Position numbers and translations under genes: made by a program. The notes beneath the pieces are model-generated. The model saw nothing but the letters and a program-made list of their open reading frames with translations. It did not search any database and was not told the DNA's origin. From Diplonema japonicum (taxonomy: Eukaryota > Protista > Euglenozoa: Diplonemea), in assembly GCA_964019335.1 (NCBI GenBank), contig OZ025654.1, forward strand, positions 558,001-622,000: a stretch of 64,000 nt of DNA. Reading direction: 5' to 3'. Shown piece by piece: positions 23,645 through 33,806 of the stretch. Every line of letters begins with the position of its first letter. Within the stretch, counting starts at the first letter, position 1.

Positions 23645-24091
23645 CTAGATAGGAAGAGGGCAGGTGGAACGCCATGTCTCGATCATTTCGGCCCCGCAGC
23701 AGACGAGGTTCTTCGAACCGTGCACGAAGAGCTTCCTCCAGAAGTTCGACTCAACATGCTGTAGCCATACCCCTTCCACCATCAGGTTGTCTGTGTCCGA
23801 TGCAAAGGCGATCAGGATGGCGCTCTCGATCTCCGCGAAGGTGTACGGGCTGCCCTGCACAGGGAAGGTCCATAACTCCCCTGCTTTGAGGCCTGACAGC
23901 GTCGTCAAGTACCAAGAGGGTTCTCCCAGCTTCTTGAGGTGTATAGCAAACTCTGCTGTCGACCCTGCAGTCTCGTTCACACTGGCATCCACAACCTTGA
24001 TCCGAATCTTCATTTCATCCGGGTCCGAAAGAGCAAGCACAGGAGCAGCCGCGAGAAGGATTACCACAGCGAATTTGCAAATCATTTTCAT
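23645..24091 (-). CDS. Small secreted PLAT/LH2-like protein
   Basis: Signal peptide MKMICKFAVVILLAAAPVLA; homologous to the C-terminal domain of 18845-19414. Confidence 0.75.
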   Translation of the reverse strand: MKMICKFAVVILLAAAPVLALSDPDEMKIRIKVVDASVNETAGSTAEFAIHLKKLGEPSWYLTTLSGLKAGELWTFPVQGSPYTFAEIESAILIAFASDTDNLMVEGVWLQHVESNFWRKLFVHGSKNLVCCGAEMIETWRSTCPLPI

Positions 24092-24229
24092 TTTTCTTCT
24101 TTTAAGCGAGCAAAGAATACCTTGTTGGCTTACATGTTGCGTGGCCACAGAAAAGACAAAACAGGGGTTGAAAGTATCGCTCGGGGAGATAGCAGAGAAG
24201 AGCCGCTGCCACTTAATAAAGGCATAAAG

Positions 24230-24370
24230 GCTAGAGCGCGCAACTCAAAAAACATACAGTGCACATACCGCTCACGCTCGCGTTCAGTTCGCCGAGTCCC
24301 TTCAGCGTCAATGCAGAGCGTCCCAGAAGGGTGTTATAATTAAGGACACCAAGGCGGTCTTTCTCTTCAT
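24230..24370 (-). pseudogene. Chimeric junction relic: frameshifted TPR-gene start fused to deleted eEF2-paralog 3' end
   Basis: 24297-24370 matches 16849-16924 with small indels; 24230-24296 matches 29100-29113 plus 29360-29413. Confidence 0.75.
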
Positions 24371-25534
24371 TTTTTTTTTTCTTCTTTTTTCCTTGCCCCG
24401 CAGATTACCACACGAATGATGTGTAAAAATAAATAAATAAATAAAAATAGGAATGAAAAAGCAATTTTTTATTGCTTGTAGGGAGAAGAAAGGAAAAGAG
24501 CAAGGCTCCACTAATGGGAGCAACGAGTGTCGTTTAAGAGGGAGAAGAAAAAAAAAAGAAGAAGAAAATAGGAATTAAATGGAGCATGTGCTCAAAAAAA
24601 GAGAAAAGGGTGTAAAAGTAAAAAAGAGACGAAGGAGGTTCCTGGTATTTTTTTTTTTTTTCTCTCTTTTTTTTTTTTTTTTTTTTTTTGGAACGCCCCC
24701 TTTGTCTCTGCATATCAAAAAAGAAATTACAAGGAGATCCCATTTTCCCCCTTTATTATCCTGTCAGGATCGCATTCTATCAATGTCTGTAAATATTTAT
24801 TGACAATGTAAAAATAACGATTTTTTTCTAACCAGAATAGTGTTCCCTTAAAAAGAGAGGGTTTGTTTTTACTATACATGCCAGTTAGTCAGTTGTCTAT
24901 ATTCGTCCGCAGGTCGCGTGCACCAGAGAATACCAAAGATCTTTTTTGCAAAAATGTCCCAAAACAACAAAACAATTCTTCTACATAAAAACAACCCCTT
25001 CGTTTGATTGATTTACACTTCAAGCAAGAAAGCAAGAATCGGACAAATATAAATAACTGACCACAAATGGTTAATTTTTCTTTTCCCCCCCCCCCCCTTG
25101 TCAAAATGGGTTTCTTTTCTTTTCTTTTCTTTTCGTTTGTTTAGTTTTAATATGTATAGGAAAAGAAATAGAAGAGAGGAGTTCTAGTTTGAACTGCATT
25201 GAAAAATAGCTTGCTGAAGAAAATAGAAAATTTAACAGCAAGGTTTTTTTCTAATAGAATATGTTGAGAATGGTTGTTCGTGCCAGGGGGGGGGGGGGGG
25301 TAAAGGCATGAACTCGTAGAAAACAAAACAAAAAGGGGAGAATATCTCTAAGAGTAACTTCACAGAAGGTATACTCTCTTTTTTTATTACCCGAAAGAAG
25401 AAAAAGAAAAGAAAAAAAAAAAAGAGGAGAGGGACGCTTTGCGGTATTGTACCAATTGTGTTTGAAATCTAACTCATAATCTGAGTTGCAGTTTTTGCTT
25501 TTTAGGACGCTTCCTATACCTGTGCCCTTCTTTC

Positions 25535-25734
25535 NNNNNNNNNNNNNNNNNNNNNNNNNNNNNNNNNNNNNNNNNNNNNNNNNNNNNNNNNNNNNNNNNN
25601 NNNNNNNNNNNNNNNNNNNNNNNNNNNNNNNNNNNNNNNNNNNNNNNNNNNNNNNNNNNNNNNNNNNNNNNNNNNNNNNNNNNNNNNNNNNNNNNNNNNN
25701 NNNNNNNNNNNNNNNNNNNNNNNNNNNNNNNNNN
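25535..25734. other. Assembly gap (200 N)
   Basis: Run of N. The flanks correspond to about 18114 and 18680 in the other duplicate unit. Confidence 0.99.
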
Positions 25735-25918
25735 TATTTCTTTTGACAAACACAACTTTATTTATTAATTTATTGTGGGGAATAAAATAAAATAAGAAAT
25801 GTCATGTAGTGAAAAAAAAAAAAAAAAAAAAAAAAAGAAAGAAAATAAATGTGTAATTTTTTATTTTTCTTTTTCTCTTTTGCGGTTTGGTTGGTTTTAC
25901 AAAATGACGTTCATCCTA

Positions 25919-25949
<31 letters not shown>

Positions 25950-25951
25950 CC

Positions 25952-26707
25952 CTAACAGGTAGGGTACCACGTCTCGACCATCTCTTCTCCGCAGCAAAGA
26001 AGCTGCTTTGGCTCACGGACAAGATATTTCTTCCAGAACCCAGAAGCTATGTGCTGCAGCCAAACCGCTTCCACCAGCAAGTTGTCTGTCGTCGACATAA
26101 AGGCAATCAGAACCACATTATCGATTTCTGAAAAGGAATACGGGCTACCATTAACATGGTACGTCTGTGCCTCACCCGCAGCGAGACCTGACAGAGAACC
26201 CCAGTACCAGGTGGGATGTCCTTCCTTCACGAAGTGCACCGCAATGCTCCCCGTGGACCCTGCATCATAGCTCATAGTGGTGTCCTTGACCTGAATCTTG
26301 AATTTAAGCGAATGCATAGGTATTGTGGGGTCTATAGTTTCAGTACGAGTCGCGATGGACAGTGAAGACGACACCGAAGGTGACGCAGAAAACGTAGCTG
26401 TCGCGAGGGACATGGAAGCGGAGTCTGTCCCCGTGATTAGGCTCATCGTGGAGGTACCAGTCGGCATGGTTAAGCTTTTAGTTTCCGTCCCCGTGTTGAG
26501 GGACAAGGAAGATGTCCCTGTGGGCAACGTCAAGCTTGTCGTGAAGGTCGCAGACTCCGTGTGGGAGGTCGACTCCGTGGCTGTTGTCGAAGGTATCGTC
26601 ACGGTCTTAATCCATGTTGGTGTCGGTATAGTGACTGACTCTGTTTTCGTGGCCTTCGCCTCCCCTTGCCCCACAAGGACGCACATTGCCAGGAGCATCG
26701 TCTTCAT
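25952..26707 (-). CDS. Secreted Thr/Ser-rich PLAT-like protein, longer-stalk paralog
   Basis: Paralog of 18845-19414, 62 aa longer, almost all in the T/S region. Confidence 0.78.
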   Translation of the reverse strand: MKTMLLAMCVLVGQGEAKATKTESVTIPTPTWIKTVTIPSTTATESTSHTESATFTTSLTLPTGTSSLSLNTGTETKSLTMPTGTSTMSLITGTDSASMSLATATFSASPSVSSSLSIATRTETIDPTIPMHSLKFKIQVKDTTMSYDAGSTGSIAVHFVKEGHPTWYWGSLSGLAAGEAQTYHVNGSPYSFSEIDNVVLIAFMSTTDNLLVEAVWLQHIASGFWKKYLVREPKQLLCCGEEMVETWYPTC

Positions 26708-26798
26708 TGCTTTTTCGCGTGTGTGTAAAAATGTGGGAAAGAAAATCTATATGAATTGTTATATTATTTTTTGTATGATGATAATGTCATAAATAAAA

Positions 26799-26800
<2 letters not shown>

Positions 26801-26858
<58 letters not shown>
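26801..26858. repeat. (AG)n microsatellite
   Basis: Read directly from the sequence; a longer version of 23017-23046. Confidence 0.95.
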
Positions 26859-26862
<4 letters not shown>

Positions 26863-27221
26863 GGATGGATGGGGAAAAAAGAAATATAGTGTAAGTGGTA
26901 GGTCCACCTTTTTTAAGAGAAAAAAAAAGGTTTCTTTTTTTTTTTTTTTTTAAGCAAGATAATATTTTAATTAATTTGTCAGAAGAAAAACAAGAAGAAA
27001 AAGGTGATGTACAGCCCTTGTTGCCCGATCCTTCAGGCCATCTCGTATATAAAAAGAACAGATACGCTTATCGATTGATGCACAAGTCAGGGACTCACGC
27101 AAATCTTCTCGGCACCGTTTCAATTTCAGCAGAACTCCTGAAGAAAAAACGAAAAATAAATTAAGAAAACAAAGGAGAGGAAGAGGTGAAAGAAAAACAG
27201 GGGGGGGGGGGGGGGGGCGGC

Positions 27222-27405
27222 GGCTATGCTGGCATGGAAACGCGTTTCCATGTATTTTTTGAAAAAAAGGGAAACGGAAACGGAAAGTTTCCCTATTTTG
27301 GTGCCGTTTCCTTGGGGCAAACATAGCCGTTTCCATAAGAATTTTGAAAACATGGAAACGGATACGGAAACGGAAACGTTTCCACGTTTCCTGCCAGCAT
27401 AGCCC
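27222..27405. mobile_element. MITE family A, copy 1
   Basis: TIR GGCTATGCTGGCA / TGCCAGCATAGCC; internal GGAAAC/GTTTCC repeats. Confidence 0.85.
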
Positions 27406-27407
27406 TA

Positions 27408-28063
27408 GGCATAGTGGTGAGGCGACTCGCATTCTCGCATTCTCGCACAAAAAAAATCTGAGCCGAAATTCTCGCAAAACGACTCGCTTTCTCGCACACT
27501 CTCGCACGATTCTCGCATGATTCTCGCACATGCTAGTGTGCACTTCAGGTGTGCAAAAATAACCCCCCCTCGACCTTCATACTCCTCCCGAACTAAAGCG
27601 ATCAGTGCGTTCACGTCCGCCCGTGTGTGATTCACCCTCCTTGATGCCCAGGTGGAGGAGGAGGGGCTCCTCTGAGTATCCGCCAGCCCAGAAATGTTTG
27701 GCACTGGTGGCGTCTGTGCTTAACGGCAACAGGGTCTTTTCGATGCTTGCTTCACTCTTCTCGAGCCCTTGTCTCCTTCTCGAATCCGGGCCCGCCAGCA
27801 GCGTGTCAGGTGTCGGTATCTTCATGCGCGAGCTCCACCAATGGGATGCTGAGAAGGCGTGTTTGCTGCTTGGTGGTGGTGGTGCCTGCGACCAAACACA
27901 ACATCGCCCACCCGTCTATGAACTCCTGCCCCACCACGGGGCAAAGCACTGCCTGTTGAGGTCCTTCGAAGATTTTGACACTCAGGCACCTGGCTTTCCC
28001 TGTTGAAGTTTCAGCCAAAAAGAAATCTCGCATCATTCTCGTGAGTCGTCTCACCACTATGCC
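27408..28063. mobile_element. Non-autonomous TIR element B
   Basis: TIR GGCATAGTGGTGAG(G/A)CGACTC; subterminal TTCTCGCA repeats; flanked by TA on both sides. Confidence 0.85.
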
Positions 28064-28065
28064 TA

Positions 28066-28258
28066 GGGCTATGCTGGCATGGAAAAGCGTTTCCATGCAT
28101 TTTTTGAAAAAAAGGGAAACGGAAACGGAAACGGATACGGAAACGTTTCCTTATGTTTCCTTAAGAAGGAAGCCGTTTCCATAAGAATTTTGAAAAGTAT
28201 GGAAACGGAAACGGAAACGGGAACGGAAACGTTTCCACGTTTCCTGCCAGCATAGGCC
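28066..28258. mobile_element. MITE family A, copy 2
   Basis: Same TIR and GGAAAC repeats as copy 1. Confidence 0.85.
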
Positions 28259-28520
28259 TAGGGGGGGGGGGGGGGGGGGTAATCAAGATGCTAACGTACG
28301 TTTGTTCGCAAAAAGAAAGAAAAGTATAAAGAAGACTTTCTGTTTTTTTTTCCTCTTCTTTGTTCTCTTTTTCTTTTCCTTTTGCTAGCAGGCAAACTTT
28401 AAAAAAAAGCGTTTCATTTCATGGGGTATTAAAAAAAAGGGGGGGGATGAAAAATAAGAGTTAGAGCCATAGAGAACGAGAGCAAAATATAAAAAAGATC
28501 TAGTTTACAGTCATTTTCTT

Positions 28521-28967
28521 CTAGATAGGAAGAGGGCAGGTGGAACGCCATGTCTCGATCATTTCGGCCCCGCAGCAGACGAGGTTCTTCGAACCGTGCA
28601 CGAAGAGCTTCCTCCAGAAGTTCGACTCAACATGCTGTAGCCATACCCCTTCCACCATCAGGTTGTCTGTGTCCGATGCAAAGGCGATCAGGATGGCGCT
28701 CTCGATCTCCGCGAAGGTGTACGGGCTGCCCTGCACAGGGAAGGTCCATAACTCCCCTGCTTTGAGGCCTGACAGCGTCGTCAAGTACCAAGAGGGTTCT
28801 CCCAGCTTCTTGAGGTGTATAGCAAACTCTGCTGTCGACCCTGCAGTCTCGTTCACACTGGCATCCACAACCTTGATCCGAATCTTCATTTCATCCGGGT
28901 CCGAAAGAGCAAGCACAGGAGCAGCCGCGAGAAGGATTACCACAGCGAATTTGCAAATCATTTTCAT
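28521..28967 (-). CDS. Small secreted PLAT/LH2-like protein (duplicate)
   Basis: Translation identical to 23645-24091. Confidence 0.75.
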   Translation of the reverse strand: MKMICKFAVVILLAAAPVLALSDPDEMKIRIKVVDASVNETAGSTAEFAIHLKKLGEPSWYLTTLSGLKAGELWTFPVQGSPYTFAEIESAILIAFASDTDNLMVEGVWLQHVESNFWRKLFVHGSKNLVCCGAEMIETWRSTCPLPI

Positions 28968-29103
28968 TTTTCTTCTTTTAAGCGAGCAAAGAATACCTTG
29001 TTGGCTTACATGTTGCGTGGCCACAGAAAAGACAAAACAGGGGTTGAAAGTATCGCTCGGGGAGATAGCAGAAGAGCCGAATAAAGGCTAGCGCTAATAA
29101 AGG

Positions 29104-30950
29104 CTAGCGCGCATAATACTCCAAACCAGGTATCTCTTTGTTCAACCCTTTGCGGACGCGGGTTTCGCTTACAACAGTGAACGCCGGATTTTCAGAAGCC
29201 AAGGGATCCCCGGGCATGACCTGCCAGTGATCAAACACAACATGGGGAGGGAAGGCCTGCCCGCCTGTCTCCGACTGAAGGTCGAGGCCGAGCCCGAACG
29301 ACTGCATGACAGGAAGGTATCCCCGGATCTGTGAGTGCGAGGTGAGAAGAAAAAAAAGAACTCAAAAAACATACAGTGCACATGCCGCTCACGCTCGCGT
29401 TCAGTTCACCGAGCACCACAGCTCCTCTGTTTCTGAGTATGTTGTGTACAGTGTGTACGGCTGTCCTCAAAGCTTCTATCTCGAACAGGTAAACAGGTTC
29501 CATGAGGCGGGGCTCCGCTGTGAGGACACTGCCACACATCATTTTTCGTGCTGTGGGTATGACCTGCCCTGCCCCTCGGTGGATCGCGTCGGCATGGAAG
29601 ACGACGCCAGTAAGGTCAACTCGGACACCTCTTAAAAGCTCCTCACACAAGACGCCGTCGTCCGTTGTCCACTCCCATGCCTTCGCGATGAAGTCCTTTA
29701 CCTCGCACAACCCGTGCACTCCTCTTGTGCAGTCGACCAAGATGTTAGGCCCTACTTTGTCGGGGCCGAAGCACCATATCCTCCTTGCCTCTGAGACATC
29801 CCATTCGAATTCGTCAGCCAGGGTCCGTGCCCTAACCTTCACCTCCGCATTTGCATGTAGTTCGTCGCTGCTATCCTCCACACGACGGCACAGTTTCTCC
29901 CCCAACGGCATCGCCTTGCCATGCAGTCTGTTCTGCCTGTTCGGGGACGCCGCCATGCACACCCTGCCCTCCGTCATCACCGTCTCCCGCAACGAGGTCA
30001 AAAACTTACTTGTCCTCACCTCCAAAGCTGCCTCAACCTTTGACACGACTGTCTTCAAATGCAGCTCATCTACACAACGCAGCGTGTGGACCCCGCTTTC
30101 CTCATATGGGATCCGCACTATGGGGTCGGACCTGTGTTGCTTATCTTAGTTTCCGCCATATACCTCGAAATACTCTTCAAGCACTGAACCATGCGGGGCA
30201 TGTCCGTGGGCTTGATGGGCTCAACGGCAGCGTATACAACACGCGACAGGTTGTACTCCATTGCGCGAAGCGGGTGGCAGTCGGTGCTTTCCTCATCAGT
30301 GACAGTGGCGGTTTGAATTATGTGTTGGTGTAGACCTTTTTTTTTTTTAACAGAACTCCCGACTGACCGTTCCCCTACATACATGGAAGTGAAATGATGT
30401 TCCCACATGGCACGCACACTGACAGCTTGCGTTGCACCTTGCCCATAACGAGACTGCTTTGCGTGATTTTCACCACTCCTTGCTCTTCCATTTCGCAAGG
30501 CACGACCGCCTTGATCACTCTCACCTTGTGGTCGACCTTTAACTTCCCGGAGAAGATGCGACCGAAGGCGATGCGATCCTCGGAATCACAGGGCACCATC
30601 TTCGCCACAAACATAACCAATGGTGCCTCGACGTCGCAGCCCTTGATCCCTTGGAAGTACCTGTCGTCTGCAGGTCCCGAGTACATCAGTTCAGCTCTGT
30701 ACGCCTGTGCTTCTTTAGGGCTGGGGAGCTTCGTGGTTACCATACGGAGTAGCGTGTGGTCCATTGTGAAGAGCGTTTTCATGACGTACTTCAGAAGCCG
30801 TTCTGGAGGCTGCTGTCTCTCGTCGCTTCTCAGTTCAATTTTTACAGCTTTGAGGAGCCCGTCCAGCTTCTCCTGCTTTTCGTTCATGATCGCGTCGAAG
30901 ATGTTCCTAACAGGCTCCACGCAGAAGTGGCAGAACGCTCGCTTAGGTCC

Positions 30951-31016
<66 letters not shown>

Positions 31017-31715
31017 CCATGTTTTTTTTGCCTCGTCGTAAGACGTATCGCCCCACAGCCTCCCGGCTAGTTTCTTCGCGTCTACTCCGAACTTTTCGGA
31101 GTACAGCTCGGCCCAACCCTGTACAGTGAAAGCCCAGCCCTGGCTGCCTGAACCGAAGGCAACAGTACCCTCTTCTGGATATACCTGCACATCGCCAAGC
31201 TTCTCGTCATTATAAGTCGCAACCACTGTGTTCACAGACTGAACTGCACTCAGGCATGCCTGGTAAGCTTCTTCAGGGTCGAGGTGCAGCTGGAACAATG
31301 CATGGTCTATTTTGTTCACGAGTAGAACAGGTTTAACTCTTTCCGATAATGCTTTTCGCAGAGTGACCTCACCTTGCGGGCGCATTCCTTCGGCGTAGTC
31401 CACCACTAAAAGCGCCCCGTCTACTATGCGGAGTGCGGAGGACAGCTCGTGGACAGAACCTTGCCGCGGGATCTCCACCATGTTGATCAGAGTGTCTCTC
31501 CCTTGTGCGCAATAGTACAGTGAGTGAGATGCTGGGGTTTCAAGAATGCCCTCGTCTCTGTGTCTGTGAGACACGCACCGTTCTTCAGTTTTAGGCACAT
31601 ATCTTGCACGGGACAAGGCTTCCGTCACCTGCCGTCCCCCATGACGAGGTTGCGCTAGCACACAGATGTTTCGTATCCCATCTGGGTTGCTCACCAGTTC
31701 ATCTGCTTCCTTCAT
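29104..31715 (-). CDS. Divergent eukaryotic elongation factor 2 paralog (4 exons, 828 aa) with degenerate GTPase motifs
   Basis: Collinear with eEF2 (IRNICV, ALRIVDGALLVVD, NKID, GTVAFGSG, RRIWCFGPD, HADAIHRG, TGGQAFP, FDHWQ). Introns at 30336-30382, 30132-30163 and 29329-29374 give a stop-free frame. Confidence 0.9.
30954..31016 (-). repeat. (ACA)21 coding microsatellite giving poly-Thr
   Basis: Read directly from the sequence; in frame in the eEF2 paralog. Confidence 0.95.
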
Positions 31716-32693
31716 TTTTACATTGTGTGCTTTATCCGTGTAGTGCGGGAGGGGGCCTTTGTAGTGGGTGTTGTGGTTGTTTGTTGGCTGAGGTGTGATA
31801 AAAGTAGTCTACGCTTCATATCCGCTAAGACCCACCAGAACCCGCGAAGAGCTAAAAGATTTTCTAATTGCTTTTTCTAGGGCTGGGATGGATTTATTTG
31901 CGTCCGGGGCCCAATGTCCGACATATAGGTACTACTCTGCATTTTCTTTTTTTCTTTGTTATCCCCCCCCCTCCTTTCGTTTTTGTTTGGCTACTTCAAA
32001 TAAGTATAAAACTGAAGGAAAGAAAAAGAAAAGGGGGCATCTTATTATTCACGTACAAAGCGATAGCAATGTATCAGCACAATAGAAAAAAAAGAGAACG
32101 AAGGAAAGAAAACAAAAACTGGATGATTATGAATGAAAAAAACTCAAAGTAGGTGGGGGGGGGGGGGGGGGGGTCTATCTGTTAATACTCCCCTTCTGGA
32201 GCATTGCCTTCATCCCGATCGAGGCCGTGAGCGTCTTGCGGAGTCGAGTGATGCGATCCCGCTTGTAGGCGGCCAAAAATGGGCCTCCTAAAAAAAAAAA
32301 GGTTAACGCGCAACCCTCCCTGCCTCAGTAGTCAGCAGTCAGGCCCGAAAGCCGGCCTTGGTCCGGGCAACAGTCCGCTCCTGAATCTTTTAAATTATCC
32401 AGTCTTTTCCGTTTCTTTTCTTTGCCTGCTGTTCTCCTCTAGTCAGCGAGCAGGGGTTGCTAGTTTTCTATAGAATATATAAGAGATTAGGCTAGATACT
32501 AGGTGAAGAATAATTTAACAAAGACATTTTGACAAATTGCAAGGCACCAGTTTCGTTCCTAGGTTTCGACCCTCCCAGCATCACATGACTCCCGTTCCAC
32601 TATCTGGCGTCCCTTGGTCACCAGTTTGTCAACATAATTAGAAAAGGAATTGGAGGTGAAAGGTACAACAGAAAAAAAAAAGAAGAAAAAAAT

Positions 32694-33659
32694 CTACGCG
32701 TCTTCGATGGTGTACACGTCACCCTTGTGGGTTGTGACAAATGCACAGGTAAGCCCTACGGACAAGTGAGAAGGGGGAGAAGGCAAGGTGAAGGTGCTCA
32801 CGCTACCGTCAGCACCACTGAAAAGGCTGACACACGACACCACATCTCCCACAAGAGATATGGTGTAGAGCATGCCATGTGAGACTGTCATCGACCCCGG
32901 CTCATGGGGAAGACGAATCGACTTGATATACTCAAGCTCCTCCGTGTACACATCAACACTGGAACCGGAACCAAGCAACACCCACACTCCACATGACGCT
33001 ACACAGCTGAAGTCCCCTTGGAGGACTCTTTCTGTTTTTCCACAAATCAAGGCGGACACGAAATTGTTCCACACGACGTATAAGTCAGCTTTGTCCCCGT
33101 CGCTCGCAGCAAAGTCGACAGGGACACTGTTTGCTAGCTCAAAAGAACTAGTTTCCTGCATCCCTCTGTAGGTGCTGATCTTCGCTGTGTCGCCTCGTGT
33201 GTGGAGGACGTGAAGCGTGCCTTGCTGAACACACGCCTTCACAATCTGTTCCCCCGGCTTTGCGATCGTGAATTCTATCCGTGATGGCGAAAGCCACCCC
33301 TCATAGACTTTTATGCTGTCGTCTTTCCAGCAGTACAGCAAGTTGTCCGTGCTATCGTAGCTGACGCAGCCTGTGCCGGTGGTTTTGGACACTGTTTTCC
33401 AGTGTTCGAACGTAGGCCCTGTGCTCCTGCATGTTGTATCAAGGGCATCGCCGTCGAGAAAGGGAAGGTCTGATATGTGGTTGTGATCGCCGTGGGGTAT
33501 TTCTACCCCTTCGTGGTGCACCTCGAAGCTGTTTAGCTTCACATCTAGAAGGGCAGCGACCTTGCGTCTCAGCGAAGAAACAGACTCATGCGCACCCACC
33601 TCCACTGACCCCTCCGAAGCACCGTTCACACCTCGTACGAACAGTGTTATTTTCGCCAT
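32694..33659 (-). CDS. Ubiquitin-like domain + probable beta-propeller protein
   Basis: Ubl-like N-terminus (ITLFVR..ESVSSLRRKVA) followed by short beta-strand repeats. Confidence 0.7.
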   Translation of the reverse strand: MAKITLFVRGVNGASEGSVEVGAHESVSSLRRKVAALLDVKLNSFEVHHEGVEIPHGDHNHISDLPFLDGDALDTTCRSTGPTFEHWKTVSKTTGTGCVSYDSTDNLLYCWKDDSIKVYEGWLSPSRIEFTIAKPGEQIVKACVQQGTLHVLHTRGDTAKISTYRGMQETSSFELANSVPVDFAASDGDKADLYVVWNNFVSALICGKTERVLQGDFSCVASCGVWVLLGSGSSVDVYTEELEYIKSIRLPHEPGSMTVSHGMLYTISLVGDVVSCVSLFSGADGSVSTFTLPSPPSHLSVGLTCAFVTTHKGDVYTIEDA

Positions 33660-33806
33660 TTCTACGATTTACTAAACCTAGAAGTTTTTTAAGCCCAGAA
33701 ACCTAAAAAGAAATAGCTAAATTGCTTTTAAAAAAAAACACGTTTTGCTTTTTAAAAAAGAAGGGGAAAAAGGTGAGTAATTCACCCCCTTCCCCGCAAG
33801 AATTTT

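Larger units (their letters stand above)
16849..29413. repeat. Tandem segmental duplication: units 16849-24296 and 24297-29413
   Basis: Near-identical spacers and PLAT-like genes. The junction at 24296/24297 joins eEF2-paralog 3' sequence (=29360-29413) to TPR-gene 5' sequence (=16849 onward). Confidence 0.9.

Noticed and set aside
27410-27530. TTCTCGCA and GGAAAC short repeats as a CRISPR-like array
   Set aside because: No regular repeat-spacer period; these are subterminal transposon repeats.
27577-28096. ORFs inside element B as a transposase
   Set aside because: No recognisable DDE or hAT motifs in the frames examined.
32175-32290. Short frame YKRDRITRLRKTL resembling a LINE C-terminus or an orphan exon
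   Set aside because: Too short to assign, with no matching 3' UTR.
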